From Eledone cirrhosa (taxonomy: Eukaryota): a stretch of DNA of 64,000 bases. This document shows positions 41,030 through 56,590 of this stretch, one piece after another. The notes under the pieces were generated by a model. It ran no database searches. It saw only the letters and a list, made by a program, of their open reading frames with translations, and was not told the DNA's origin. The stretch covers positions 119,784,001-119,848,000 of the forward strand of contig OZ024744.1 of assembly GCA_964016885.1 (NCBI GenBank), given 5' to 3'. The stretch's first letter is position 1, and each line of letters opens with the position of its first letter. The translations under genes were made by a program, and so were the position numbers.

Positions 41030-44000
41030 CCACATGTCATAGTATAAGAGCTGTGATCTCTCAATTGAGAGATTCTTTCCTGAGACATTCTAACCACATG
41101 TCATAGTATCAGAACTGTGATCTCTTAATTCAGAGATTCTTTCCTGAGACATTCTAACCACATGTCATCGTATCAGAGCTGTGATATCTCAACTGAGAGA
41201 TTCTTTCCTGAGATATTTTAACCACATATACTATCAGAGCTGTGAAATCTCAATTCAGAGATTCTTTCCTGGGACATTCTAACCACATGTCATAGTATCA
41301 GGGCTGTGATCTCTCAATTCAGAGATTCTTTCCTGAGACATTCTAACCACATGTCATAGTATCAGAGCTGTGATCTCTCAATTCACAGATTCTTTCCTCA
41401 GACATTCTAAGCACATGTCATAATATCAGAGCTGTGATCTCTCAATTCAGAGATTCTTTCCTGAGACATTCTAACCACATGTCATAGTATAAGATCTGAG
41501 ATCTCTCAATTCAGAGATTCTTTCCTGAGACATTCTAACCACATCTCATATTATCAGAGCTGTGATCTCTCAATTCAGAGATTCTTTCCTGAGATATTCT
41601 AACCACATGTCATAGTGTCAGAGCTGTGATCTCTCAATTCAGAGATTCTTTCCTGAGACATTCTAACCACATGTCATAGTATTAGAGCTGTGATCTCTCA
41701 ATTCAGAGATTCTTTCCTGAGAAATTCTAACCTTATGTCTGTGGTATCAGTGCTATGATCTCTCAATTCAGAGGTTCTTTCCTGAGACTTCCTAACTCCA
41801 TGTCCACAGTATCAGAGCTGTGATCTCTCAATTCAGAGATTCTTTCCTGAGACATTCTAACCACATGTATCAGAAATATTCTTAATAGTGATCTCTCAAT
41901 TCAGAGATTCTTTCCTGGGATATTCTAACCACATGTCATAGTATCATAGCTGTGATATCTCAATTCAGATATTCTTTCCTGAGACATTCTAACCACATGT
42001 CATATGATCAGAGTTGAGAACTCTCAAATCAGAGATTCTTTCCTGAGATATTCTAACCACATGTCATAGTATCAGAGCTGTGATCTCTCAATTCAGAGAT
42101 TCTTTCCTGGGATATTCGAACCACATGTCATAGTATCAGAGCTGTGATCTCTCAATTCAGAGATTCTATCCTGAGACATTCTAACCACATGTCATAGTAT
42201 CAGAGCTGTGATCTCTCAATTTAGAGATTCTTTCATGAGATATTCTAACCACATGTCATAGTATCAGAGCTGTGATCTCTCAGTTCAGAGATTCTTTCCT
42301 GAGACATTCTAACCACGTCATAGTATCAGAGCTGTGATATCTCAATTCAGAGATTCTTTCCTGAGACATTCTAACCACATGTCATAGTATCAGAGCTGTA
42401 ATCTCTCAATTTAGATATTCTTTCCTGATATATTCTAACCTCATGTCATAGTATGAGAGCTGTGATCTCTCAATTCAGAGATTCTTTCTTGAGACATTCT
42501 AACTCCATGTCCACAGTATCAGAGCTGTGAACTCTCAATTCAGAGATTCTTTCCTGAGACATTCTTACCACATGTCATTTTATCAGAGCTGTGATCTCTC
42601 AATTCAGATATTCTTTCCTGAGACATTCTAACCACATGTCATAGTATCAGATCTGTGATCTCTCAATTCAGAGATTCTTTCCTGAGATATTCTAAACACA
42701 TGTCATAGTATCAGAGCTGTCATCTCTCAATTCAGAGATTCTTTCCTGAGACATTCTAACCACATGTCATAGTATCAGAGCTGTGATCTCTTAATTTAGA
42801 GATTCTTTCATGAGATATTCTAACCACATGTCATAGTATCAGAGCTGTGATCTCTCAATTCAGGGATTCTTTCCTGAGACATTCTCACCACATGTCATAG
42901 TATCAATGCTGTGATCTCTCAATTCAGAGATTCTTTCATGAGATATTCTAACCACAATGTCATAGCATCAGAACTGTGATCTCTCAATTCAGAGATTCTT
43001 TTCTGGGATATTCTAACCACATGTCATGTTATCAGAGCTATGATCTCTCAATTCAGATATTCTTTCCTGAGACATTCTAACCACATGTCATAGGATCAGA
43101 GTTGTGATCTCTCAATTCAGAGATTCTTTCCTGAGATATTCTAACCACATGTCATAGTATCAGAGCTGTGATCTCTCAATTCAGAGATTTTTCCTGAGAC
43201 ATTCTAACCACATGTCATAGTATTAGAACTGTGATCTCTCAATTCAGAGATTCTTTCCTGAGACATTCTTACCACATGTCATAGTACAAGAGCTGTGATC
43301 TCTCAATTGAGAGATTCTTTCCTGAGACATTCTAACCACATGTCATAGTATCAGAACTGTGATCTCTCAATTCAGAGATTCTTTCCTGAGACATTCTAAC
43401 CACATGTCATCGTATCAGAGCTGTGATATCTCAACTGAGAGATTCTTTCCTGAGATATTTTAACCACATATACTATCAGAGCTGTGAAATCTCAATTCAG
43501 AGATTCTTTCCTGGGACATTCTAACCACATGTCATAGTATCAGGGCTGTGATCTCTCAATTCAGAGATTCTTTCCTGAGACATTCTAACCACATGTCATA
43601 GTATCAGAGCTGTGATCTCTCAATTCACAGATTCTTTCCTCAGACATTCTAAGCACATGTCATAATATCAGAGCTGTGATCTCTCAATTCAGAGATTCTT
43701 TCCTGAGATATTCTAACCACATGTCATAGTATCAGAGCTGTGATCTCTCAATTCAGGGATTCTTTCCTGAGACATTCTAACCACATGTCATAGTATCAAT
43801 GCTGTGATCTCTCAATTCAGAGATTCTTTCATGAGATATTCTAACCACAATGTCATAGCATCAGAACTGTGATCTCTCAATTCAGAGATTCTTTTCTGGG
43901 ATATTCTAACCACATGTCATGTTATCAGAGCTATGATCTCTCAATTCAGATATTCTTTCCTGAGACATTCTAACCACATGTCATAGGATCAGAGTTGTGA

Positions 44001-47000
44001 TCTCTCAATTCAGAGATTCTTTCCTGAGATATTCTAACCACATGTCATAGTATCAGAGCTGTGATCTCTCAATTCAGAGATTTTTCCTGAGACATTCTAA
44101 CCACATGTCATAGTATTAGAACTGTGATCTCTCAATTCAGAGATTCTTTCCTGAGACATTCTTACCACATGTCATAGTATAAGAGCTGTGATCTCTCAAT
44201 TGAGAGATTCTTTCCTGAGACATTCTAACCACATGTCATAGTATCAGAACTGTGATCTCTCAATTCAGAGATTCTTTCCTGATACATTCTAACCACATGT
44301 CATCGTATCAGAGCTGTGATATCTCAACTGAGAGATTCTTTCCTGAGATATTTTAACGACATATACTATCAGAGCTGTGAAATCTCAATTCAGAGATTCT
44401 TTCCTGGGACATTCTAACCACATGTCATAGTATCAGGGCTGTGATCTCTCAATTCAGAGATTCTTTCCTGAGACATTCTAACCACATGTCATAGTATCAG
44501 AGCTGTGATCTCTCAATTCACAGATTCTTTCCTCAGACATTCTAAGCACATGTCATAATATCAGAGCTGTGATCTCTCAATTCAGAGATTCTTTCCTGAG
44601 ATATTCTAACCACATGTCATAGTATCAGAGCTGTGATCTCTCAATTCAGAGATTCTTTTCTGGGATATTCTAACCACATGTCATGTTATCAGAGCTATGA
44701 TCTCTCAATTCAGATATTCTTTCCTGAGACATTCTAACCACATGTCATAGGATCAGAGTTGTGATCTCTCAATTCAGAGATTCTTTCCTGAGATATTCTA
44801 ACCACATGTCATAGTATCAGAGCTGTGATCTCTCAATTCAGAGATTTTTCCTGAGACATTCTAACCACATGTCATAGTATTAGATCTGTGATCTCTCAAT
44901 TCAGAGATTCTTTCCTGAGACATTCTTACCACATGTCATAGTATAAGAGCTGTGATCTCTCAATTGAGAGATTCTTTCCTGAGACATTCTAACCACATGT
45001 CATAGTATCAGAACTGTGATCTCTCAATTCAGAGATTCTTTCCTGAGACATTCTAACCACATGTCATCGTATCAGAGCTGTGATATCTCAACTGAGAGAT
45101 TCTTTCCAGAGATATTTTAACCACATATACTATCAGAGCTGTGAAATCTCAATTCAGAGATTCTTTCCTGGGACATTCTAACCACATGTCATAGTATAAG
45201 AGCTGTGATCTCTCAATTGAGAGATTCTTTCCTGAGACATTCTAACCACATGTCATAGTATCAGAACTGTGATCTCTTAATTCAGAGATTCTTTCCTGAG
45301 ACATTCTAACCACATGTCATCGTATCAGAGCTGTGATATCTCAACTGAGAGATTCTTTCCTGAGATATTTTAACCACATATACTATCAGAGCTGTGAAAT
45401 CTCAATTCAGAGATTCTTTCCTGGGACATTCTAACCACATGTCATAGTATCAGGGCTGTGATCTCTCAATTCAGAGATTCTTTCCTGAGACATTCTAACC
45501 ACATGTCATAGTATCAGAGCTGTGATCTCTCAATTCACAGATTCTTTCCTCAGACATTCTAAGCACATGTCATAATATCAGAGCTGTGATCTCTCAATTC
45601 AGAGATTCTTTCCTGAGACATTCTAACCACATGTCATAGTATAAGATCTGAGATCTCTCAATTCAGAGATTCTTTCCTGAGACATTCTAACCACATCTCA
45701 TATTATCAGAGCTGTGATCTCTCAATTCAGAGATTCTTTCCTGAGATATTCTAACCACATGTCATAGTGTCAGAGCTGTGATCTCTCAATTCAGAGATTC
45801 TTTCCTGAGACATTCTAACCACATGTCATAGTATTAGAGCTGTGATCTCTCAATTCAGAGATTCTTTCCTGAGAAATTCTAACCTTATGTCTGTGGTATC
45901 AGTGCTATGATCTCTCAATTCAGAGGTTCTTTCCTGAGACTTCCTAACTCCATGTCCACAGTATCAGAGCTGTGATCTCTCAATTCAGAGATTCTTTCCT
46001 GAGACATTCTAACCACATGTATCAGAAATATTCTTAATAGTGATCTCTCAATTCAGAGATTCTTTCCTGGGATATTCTAACCACATGTCATAGTATCATA
46101 GCTGTGATATCTCAATTCAGATATTCTTTCCTGAGACATTCTAACCACATGTCATATGATCAGAGTTGAGAACTCTCAAATCAGAGATTCTTTCCTGAGA
46201 TATTCTAACCACATGTCATAGTATCAGAGCTGTGATCTCTCAATTCAGAGATTCTTTCCTGGGATATTCGAACCACATGTCATAGTATCAGAGCTGTGAT
46301 CTCTCAATTCAGAGATTCTATCCTGAGACATTCTAACCACATGTCATAGTATCAGAGCTGTGATCTCTCAATTTAGAGATTCTTTCATGAGATATTCTAA
46401 CCACATGTCATAGTATCAGAGCTGTGATCTCTCAGTTCAGAGATTCTTTCCTGAGACATTCTAACCACGTCATAGTATCAGAGCTGTGATATCTCAATTC
46501 AGAGATTCTTTCCTGAGACATTCTAACCACATGTCATAGTATCAGAGCTGTAATCTCTCAATTTAGATATTCTTTCCTGATATATTCTAACCTCATGTCA
46601 TAGTATGAGAGCTGTGATCTCTCAATTCAGAGATTCTTTCTTGAGACATTCTAACTCCATGTCCACAGTATCAGAGCTGTGAACTCTCAATTCAGAGATT
46701 CTTTCCTGAGACATTCTTACCACATGTCATTTTATCAGAGCTGTGATCTCTCAATTCAGATATTCTTTCCTGAGACATTCTAACCACATGTCATAGTATC
46801 AGATCTGTGATCTCTCAATTCAGAGATTCTTTCCTGAGATATTCTAAACACATGTCATAGTATCAGAGCTGTCATCTCTCAATTCAGAGATTCTTTCCTG
46901 AGACATTCTAACCACATGTCATAGTATCAGAGCTGTGATCTCTTAATTTAGAGATTCTTTCATGAGATATTCTAACCACATGTCATAGTATCAGAGCTGT

Positions 47001-49349
47001 GATCTCTCAATTCAGGGATTCTTTCCTGAGACATTCTAACCACATGTCATAGTATCAATGCTGTGATCTCTCAATTCAGAGATTCTTTCATGAGATATTC
47101 TAACCACAATGTCATAGCATCAGAACTGTGATCTCTCAATTCAGAGATTCTTTTCTGGGATATTCTAACCACATGTCATGTTATCAGAGCTATGATCTCT
47201 CAATTCAGATATTCTTTCCTGAGACATTCTAACCACATGTCATAGGATCAGAGTTGTGATCTCTCAATTCAGAGATTCTTTCCTGAGATATTCTAACCAC
47301 ATGTCATAGTATCAGAGCTGTGATCTCTCAATTCAGAGATTTTTCCTGAGACATTCTAACCACATGTCATAGTATTAGAACTGTGATCTCTCAATTCAGA
47401 GATTCTTTCCTGAGACATTCTTACCACATGTCATAGTATAAGAGCTGTGATCTCTCAATTGAGAGATTCTTTCCTGAGACATTCTAACCACATGTCATAG
47501 TATCAGAACTGTGATCTCTCAATTCAGAGATTCTTTCCTGAGACATTCTAACCACATGTCATCGTATCAGAGCTGTGATATCTCAACTGAGAGATTCTTT
47601 CCTGAGATATTTTAACCACATATACTATCAGAGCTGTGAAATCTCAATTCAGAGATTCTTTCCTGGGACATTCTAACCACATGTCATAGTATCAGGGCTG
47701 TGATCTCTCAATTCAGAGATTCTTTCCTGAGACATTCTAACCACATGTCATAGTATCAGAGCTGTGATCTCTCAATTCACAGATTCTTTCCTCAGACATT
47801 CTAAGCACATGTCATAATATCAGAGCTGTGATCTCTCAATTCAGAGATTCTTTCCTGAGATATTCTAACCACATGTCATAGTATCAGAGCTGTGATCTCT
47901 CAATTCAGGGATTCTTTCCTGAGACATTCTAACCACATGTCATAGTATCAATGCTGTGATCTCTCAATTCAGAGATTCTTTCATGAGATATTCTAACCAC
48001 AATGTCATAGCATCAGAACTGTGATCTCTCAATTCAGAGATTCTTTTCTGGGATATTCTAACCACATGTCATGTTATCAGAGCTATGATCTCTCAATTCA
48101 GATATTCTTTCCTGAGACATTCTAACCACATGTCATAGGATCAGAGTTGTGATCTCTCAATTCAGAGATTCTTTCCTGAGATATTCTAACCACATGTCAT
48201 AGTATCAGAGCTGTGATCTCTCAATTCAGAGATTTTTCCTGAGACATTCTAACCACATGTCATAGTATTAGAACTGTGATCTCTCAATTCAGAGATTCTT
48301 TCCTGAGACATTCTTACCACATGTCATAGTATAAGAGCTGTGATCTCTCAATTGAGAGATTCTTTCCTGAGACATTCTAACCACATGTCATAGTATCAGA
48401 ACTGTGATCTCTCAATTCAGAGATTCTTTCCTGATACATTCTAACCACATGTCATCGTATCAGAGCTGTGATATCTCAACTGAGAGATTCTTTCCTGAGA
48501 TATTTTAACGACATATACTATCAGAGCTGTGAAATCTCAATTCAGAGATTCTTTCCTGGGACATTCTAACCACATGTCATAGTATCAGGGCTGTGATCTC
48601 TCAATTCAGAGATTCTTTCCTGAGACATTCTAACCACATGTCATAGTATCAGAGCTGTGATCTCTCAATTCACAGATTCTTTCCTCAGACATTCTAAGCA
48701 CATGTCATAATATCAGAGCTGTGATCTCTCAATTCAGAGATTCTTTCCTGAGATATTCTAACCACATGTCATAGTATCAGAGCTGTGATCTCTCAATTCA
48801 GAGATTCTTTTCTGGGATATTCTAACCACATGTCATGTTATCAGAGCTATGATCTCTCAATTCAGATATTCTTTCCTGAGACATTCTAACCACATGTCAT
48901 AGGATCAGAGTTGTGATCTCTCAATTCAGAGATTCTTTCCTGAGATATTCTAACCACATGTCATAGTATCAGAGCTGTGATCTCTCAATTCAGAGATTTT
49001 TCCTGAGACATTCTAACCACATGTCATAGTATTAGATCTGTGATCTCTCAATTCAGAGATTCTTTCCTGAGACATTCTTACCACATGTCATAGTATAAGA
49101 GCTGTGATCTCTCAATTGAGAGATTCTTTCCTGAGACATTCTAACCACATGTCATAGTATCAGAACTGTGATCTCTCAATTCAGAGATTCTTTCCTGAGA
49201 CATTCTAACCACATGTCATCGTATCAGAGCTGTGATATCTCAACTGAGAGATTCTTTCCAGAGATATTTTAACCACATATACTATCAGAGCTGTGAAATC
49301 TCAATTCAGAGATTCTTTCCTGGGACATTCTAACCACATGTCATAGTAT
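41030..49349. repeat. Near-identical tandem duplication, period 4152 bp (65 monomers): about 41030-45197 and 45182-49349
   Basis: Rare variants pair at exactly +4152: cagaaatatt 41871/46023, accacaatgt 42951/47103, gatacattct 44281/48433, tctttccaga 45101/49253. I noticed only two differences, near 42886 and 43287. Confidence 0.93.
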
Positions 49350-52268
49350 CAGGGCTGTGATCTCTCAATTCAGAGATTCTTTCCTGAGACATTCTAACCA
49401 CATGTCATAGTATCAGAGCTGTGATCTCTCAATTCACAGATTCTTTCCTCAGACATTCTAAGCACATGTCATAATATCAGATCTGTGATCTCTCAATTCA
49501 GAGATTCTTTCCTGAGACATTCTAACCACATGTCATAGTATAAGATCTGTGATCTCTCAATTCAGAGATTCTTTCCTGGGATATTCTAACCACATGTCAT
49601 AGTATCAGATCTGAGATCTCTCAATTCTGAGATTCTTTCCTGAGACATTCTAACCACATCTCATATTATCAGAGCTGTGATCTCTCAATTCAGAGATTCT
49701 TTCCTGAGATATTCTAACCATATGTCATAGTGTCAGAGCTGTGATCTTTCAATTCAGAGATTCTTTCCTGAGACATTCTAACCACATGTCATAGTATTAG
49801 AGCTGTGATCTCTCAATTCAGAGATTCTTTCCTGAGAAATTCTAACCTTATGTCTGTGGTATCAGTGCTATGATCTCTCAATTCAGAGGTTCTTTCCTGA
49901 GACTTCCTAACTCCATGTCCACAGTATCAGAGCTGTGATCTCTCAATTCAGAGATTCTTTCCTGAGACATTCTAACCACATGTATCAGAGATATTCTTAA
50001 TAGTGATCTCTCAATTCAGAGATTCTTTCCTGGGATATTCTAACCACATGTCATAGTATCATAGCTGTGATATCTCAATTCAGATATTCTTTCCTGAGAC
50101 ATTCTAACCACATGTCATATGATCAGAGTTGAGAACTCTCAAATCAGAGATTCTTTCCTGAGATATTCTAACCACATGTCATAGTATCAGAACTGTGATC
50201 TCTCAATTCAGAGATTCTATCCTGAGACATTCTAACCACATGTCATAGTATCAGAGCTGTGATCTCTCAATTTAGAGATTCTTTCCTGAGATATTCTAAC
50301 CACATGTCATAGTATCAGAGTTGTGATCTCTCAGTTCATAGATTCTTTCCTGAGACATTCTAACCACGTCATAGTATATCAGAACTGTGATATCTCAATT
50401 CAGAGATTCTTTCCTGAGATATTCTAACCACATGTCATAATATCAGAGCTGTAATCTCTCAATTTAGATATTCTTTCCTGATATATTCTAACCTCATGTC
50501 ATTGTATCAGAGCTGTGATCTCTCAATTCAGAGATTCTTTCTTGAGACATTCTAACTCCATGTCCACAGTATCAGAGCTGTGAACTCTCAATTCAGAGAT
50601 TCTTTCCTGAGACATTCTAACCACATGTCATATTATCAGAGCTGTGATCGATCAATTCAAAGATTCTTTCCTGAGACATTCTAACCACATGTCACAGTAT
50701 CAGAGTTGTGATCTCTCAATTCAGAGATTCTTTCCTCAGACATTCTAACCACATCTCATAGTATCGGAGCTGTGATCTCTCAATTCAGAGATTCTTTCCT
50801 GAGACATTCTAACCACATGTCATAGTATCAGATCTGTGATCTCTCAATTCAGAGATTCTTTCCTGAGATATTCTAACCACATGTCATAGTATCAGAACTG
50901 TTATCTCTCAATTCAGAGATTCTTTCCTGAGACATTCTAACCACATGTCATAGTATCAGAGCTGTGATCTCTTAATTTAGAGATTCTTTCATGAGATATT
51001 CTAACCACATGTCATAGTATCAGAGCTGTGATCTCTCAATTCAGAGATTCTTTCCTGAGACATTCTAACCACATGTCATAGTATCAGAACTGTGATCTCT
51101 CAATTCAGAGATTCTTTTCTTGGATATTCTAACCACATGTCATAGTATCAGAGCTGTGATCTCTCAATTCAGATATTCTTTCCTGAGACATTCTAACCAC
51201 ATGTCATAGGATCAGAGTTGTGATCTCTCAATTCAGAGATTCTTTCCTGAGATATTCTAAGCACATGTCATAGTATCAGAGCTGTGATCTCTAAATTCAG
51301 AGATTTTTTCCTGAGACATTCTAACCACATGTCATAATATTAGAGCTGTGATCTCTCAATTCAGAGATTCTTTCCTGAGACATTCTTACCATATGTCATA
51401 GTATAAGAGCTGTGATCTCTCAATTTAGAGATTCTTTCCTGAGACATTCTAACCACATGTCATAGTATCAGAGCTGTGATATCTCAATTGAGAGATTCTT
51501 TCCTGAGATATTTTAACCACATATCATAGTATCAGAGCTGTGAACTCTAAATTCAGAGATTCTTTCCTGGGACATTCTAACCACATGTCATAGTATCAGG
51601 GCTGTGATCTCTCAATTCAGAGATTCTTTCCTGAGACATTCTAACCACATGTCACAATATCAGAGCTGTGATCTCTCAATTCAGAGATTCTTTCCTCAGA
51701 CATTCTAACCACATGTCATAGTATCAGATCTGTGATCTCTCAATTCAGAGATTCTTTCCTGGGATATTCTAACCACATGTCATAGTATCAGATCTGAGAT
51801 CTCTCAATTCAGAGATTCTTTCCTGAGACATTCTAACCACATCTCATATTATCAGAGCTGTGATCTCTCAATTCAGAGAATCTTTCCTGAGATATTCTAA
51901 CCACATGTCATAGTGTCAGAGCTGTGATCTCTCAATTCAGAGATTCTTTCCTGAGACATTCTAACCACATGTCATAGTATTAGAGCTGTGATCTCTCAAT
52001 TCAGAGATTCTTTCCTGAAAAATTCTAAACTTATGTCTGTAGTATCAGAGCTGTGATCTCTCAATTCAGAGGTTCTTTCCTGAGACATCCTAACTCCATG
52101 TCCACAGTATCAGAGCTGTGATCTCTCAATTCAGAGGTTCTTTCCTGAGACATCCTAACTCCATGTCCACATTATCAGAGCTGTGATCTCTTAATTCAGA
52201 GATTCTTTCCTGGGATATTCTAACCACACGTCATAGTATCATAGCTGTGATCTCTCAATTCAGATATT
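49270..52268. repeat. Block of about 3 kb repeated at about 61002-64000 (offset 11732 bp); the second copy runs off the window end
   Basis: tcatagtatatc 50369/62101, gctgtgatcgatc 50641/62373 and cgtcatagtatcata 52229/63961 all pair at +11732. Confidence 0.9.
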
Positions 52269-55200
52269 CTTTCCTGAGTCATTCTAACCACATGTCATAT
52301 GATCAGAGTTGAGAACTCTCAAATCAGAGATTCTTTCCTGAGATATTCTAACCACATGTCATAGTATCAGAGCTGTGATCTCTCAATTCAGAGATTCTTT
52401 CCTGAGATATTCTAGCCACATGTCATAGTATCAGAGCTGTGATCTCTCAATTCAGATATTCTTTCCTGAGACATTCTAACCACATGTTATATTATCAGAG
52501 TTGTGATCTCTCAATTCAGAGATTCTTTCTGGAGATATTCTAACCACATGTCATAGTATCAGAGCTGTGATCTCTCAATTCAGAGATTCTTTCCTGAGAC
52601 ATTCTTACCACATCTCATAGTATCAGAGCTGTGATCTCTCAATTTAGAGATTCATTCCTGAGACATTCTACCACATGTCATAGTATCAGAACTGTGATCT
52701 CTCAATTCAGGGATTCTATCCTGAGACATTCTAACCACATGTCATAGTATCAGAGCTGTGATCTCTCAATTTAGAGATTCTTTCATGAGATATTCTAACC
52801 ACATGTCATAGTATCAGAGCTGTGATCTCTCAGTTCAGAGATTCTTTCCTGAGACATTCTGACCACGTCATAGTATATCAGAACTGTGATATCTCAATTC
52901 AGAGATTCTTTCCTGAGACATTCTAACCACATGTCATATTATCAGAGCTGTGATCTCTCAATTCAAAGATTCTTTCCTGAGACATTCTAACCACATGTCA
53001 CAGTATCAGAGCTGTGATCTCTCAATTCAGAAATTCTTTCCTCAGACATTCTAACCACATCTCATATTATCGGAGCTGTGATCTCTCAATTCAGAGATTC
53101 TTTCCTGAGACATTCTAACCACATGTCATAGTATCAGATCTGTGATCTCTCAATTCAGAGATTCTTTCCTGAGATATTCTAACCACATGTCATAGTATCA
53201 GAGCTGTCATCTCTCAATTCAGAGATTCTTTCCTGAGACATTCTAACCACGTGTCGTAGTATCAGAGCTGTGATCTCTTAATTTAGAGATTCTTTCATGA
53301 GATATTCTAACCACATGTTATAGTATCAGAACTGTGATCTCTCAATTCAGAGATTCTTTTCTTGGATATTCTAACCACATGTCATAGTATCAGAGCTGTG
53401 ATCTCTCAATTCAGATATTCTTTCCTGAGACATTCTAACCACATGTCATAGGATCAGAGTTGTGATCTCTCAATTCAGAGATTCTTTCCTGAGATATTCT
53501 AAACACATATCATAGTATCAGAGCTGTGATCTCTCAATTCAGAGATTTTTTCCTGAGACACTCTAACCACATGTCATAGTATTAGAGCTGTGATCTCTCA
53601 ATTCAGAAATTCTTTCCTGAGACATTCTTACCATATGTCATAGTATAAGAGCTGTGATCTCTCAATTTAGAGATTCTTTCCTGAGACATTCTAACCACAT
53701 GTCATAGTATCAGAGCTGTGATATTTCAAATGAGAGATTCTTTCCTGAGATATTTTAACCACATGTCATAGTATCAGAGCTGTGAACTCTAAATTCAGAG
53801 ATTCTTTCCTGGAACATTCTAACCACATGTCATAGTATCAGGGCTGTGATCTCTCAATTCAGAGATTCTTTCCTGAGACATTCTAACCACATGTCACAAT
53901 ATCAGAGCTGTGATCTCTCAATTCAGAGATTCTTTCCTCAGACATTCTAAGCACATGTCATAATATCAGAGCTGTGATCTCTCAATTCAGAGATTCTTTC
54001 CTGAGACATTCTAACCACATGTCATAGTATCAGACCTGTGATCTCTCAATTCAGAGATTCTTTCCTGGGATATTCTTAGCACATGTCATATTATCAGATC
54101 TGTGATCTCTTAATTCAGAGATTCTTTCCTGAGACATTCTAACCACATCTCATAATATCAGAGCTGTGATCTCTCAATTCAGAGATTCTATCCTGAGATA
54201 TTCTAACCACATGTCATAGTATCAGAGCTGTGATATCTCAATTCAGAGATTCTTTCCTGAGACATTCTAACCACATGTCATAGTATTAGAGCTGTGATCT
54301 CTCAATTCCAAGATTCTTTCCTGAGAAATTCTAAACTTATGTCTGTAGTATCAGAGCTGTGATCTCTCAATTCAGAGGTTCTTTCCTGAGACATCATAAC
54401 TCCATGTCCACAGTATCAGAGCTGTGATCTCTCAATTCAGAGATTCTTTCCTGAGACATTCTAACCACATGTATCAGAGATATTCTTAATAGCGATCTCT
54501 CAATTCAGAGATTCTTTCCTGAGACATTCTAACTCCATGTCCACAGTATCAGAGCTGTGATCTCTCAATTTAGAGATTCTTTCCTGAGATATTCTAACCA
54601 CATGTCATAGTATCAGAGCTGTGACCTCTCAATTCAGAGATTCTTTCCTGAGACATTCTAACCACATGTCTGTAGTATCAGAGCTGTATGCTCTCAATTC
54701 AGAGATTCTTTCCTGAGACATTCTAACCACATGTCATAGTATCGGAGCTGTTATCTCTCAATTCAGAGATTCATTCCTGAGACATTCTAACGTTATGTCA
54801 TAGTAGCAGAGCTGTGATATCTCAATTCAGAGATTCTTTCCTGAGATATTCTAACCGCATGTCATAGTATCAGAGCTGTGATCTCTCAATTCAGATATTC
54901 TTTGCTGAGACATTCTAGCCACATGTCATAGGATCAGAGTTGTGATCTCTCAATTCAGAGATTATTTCCTGGGACATTCTAACGACATGTCATAGTATCA
55001 GAGCTGTGATCTCTCAATTCAGAGATTCTTTCCTGAGATATTCTAGCCACATGTCTGTAGTATCAGAGCTGTGATCTCTCAATTCAGAGATTCTTTACTG
55101 AGATATTGTAACCACATGTCATAGTATCAGAGCTGTGATCTCTCAATTCAGTGATTCTTTCCTGCGATATTCTAACCACATGTCAGAGTATCAGAGCTGT

Positions 55201-55299
55201 GATCTCTCAATTCAGATATTCTTTCCTGAGACATTCTAACCACATGTCATATGATCAGATTTGAGATCTCTCAATTCAGAGATTCTTTCCTGAGATATT

Positions 55300-56590
55300 C
55301 TAACCACATGTCATAGTATCAGAGCTGTGATCTCTCAATTCAGAGATTCTTTCCTGAGATATTCTAACCACATGTCATAGTATCAGAGCTGTGATCTCTC
55401 AATTCAGATATTCTTTCCTGAGACATTCTAACCACATGTTATATTATCAGGTTTGTGATCTCTCAATTCAGAGATTCTTTCCTGAGATATTCTAACCACA
55501 TGTCATAGTATCAGAGCTGTGATCTCTCAATTCAGAGATTCTTTCCTGAGACATTCTTACCACATCTCATAGTATCAGAGCTGTGATCTCTCAATTTAGA
55601 GATTCTTTCCTCAGACATTCTAACCACATGTCATAGTATCAGAGCTGTGATCTCTCAATTTAGAGATTCTTTCATGAGATATTCTAACCTCATGTCATAT
55701 TATCAGAGCTGTGATCTCTCAGTTCAGAGATTCTTTCCTGAGACATTCTAGCCACGTCATAGTATCAGAGCTGTGATATCTCAATTCAGAGATTCTTTCC
55801 TGAGACATTCTAACCACATCTCATAATATCAGAGCCGTGATCTCTCAATTCAGAGATTCTTTCCTGAGATATTCTAACAACATGTCATAGTATCAGAGCT
55901 GTGATATCTCAATTCAGAGATTCTTTCCTGAGATATTCTAACCACATGTCATAGTATCAGAGCTGTGATCTCTCAATTCAGAGATTCTTTCCTGAGATAT
56001 TCTAACCACATGTAATAGTATCAGAGCTGTGATCTCTCAATTCAGATATTCTTTCCTGAGACATTCTAACCACATGTTATATTATCAGATCTGTGATCTC
56101 TCAATTCAGAGATTCTTTCCTGAGATATTCTAACCACATGTCATAGTATCAGAGCTGTGATCTCTCAATTCAGAGATTCTTTCCTGAGACATTCTTACCA
56201 CATCTCATAGTATCAGAGCTGTGATCTCTCAATTTAGAGATTCTTTCCTCAGACATTCTAACCACATGTCATAGTATCAGAGCTGTGATCTCTCAATTTA
56301 GAGATTCTTTCATGAGATATTCTAACCTCATGTCATATTATCAGAGCTGTGATCTCTCAGTTCAGAGATTCTTTCCTGAGACATTCTAGCCACGTCATAG
56401 TATCAGAGCTGTGATATCTCAATTCAGAGATTCTTTCCTTAGACATTCTAACCACATCTCATAATATCAGAGCCGTGATCTCTCAATTCAGAGATTCTTT
56501 CCTGAGATATTCTAACAACATGTCATAGTATCAGAGCTGTGATATCTCAATTCAGAGATTCTTTCCTGAGATATTCTAACCACATGTCAT
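55300..56590. repeat. Tandem duplication, period 638 bp (10 monomers)
   Basis: gccacgtcat at 55751/56389 and agagccgtga at 55831/56469. Boundaries are approximate. Confidence 0.87.
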
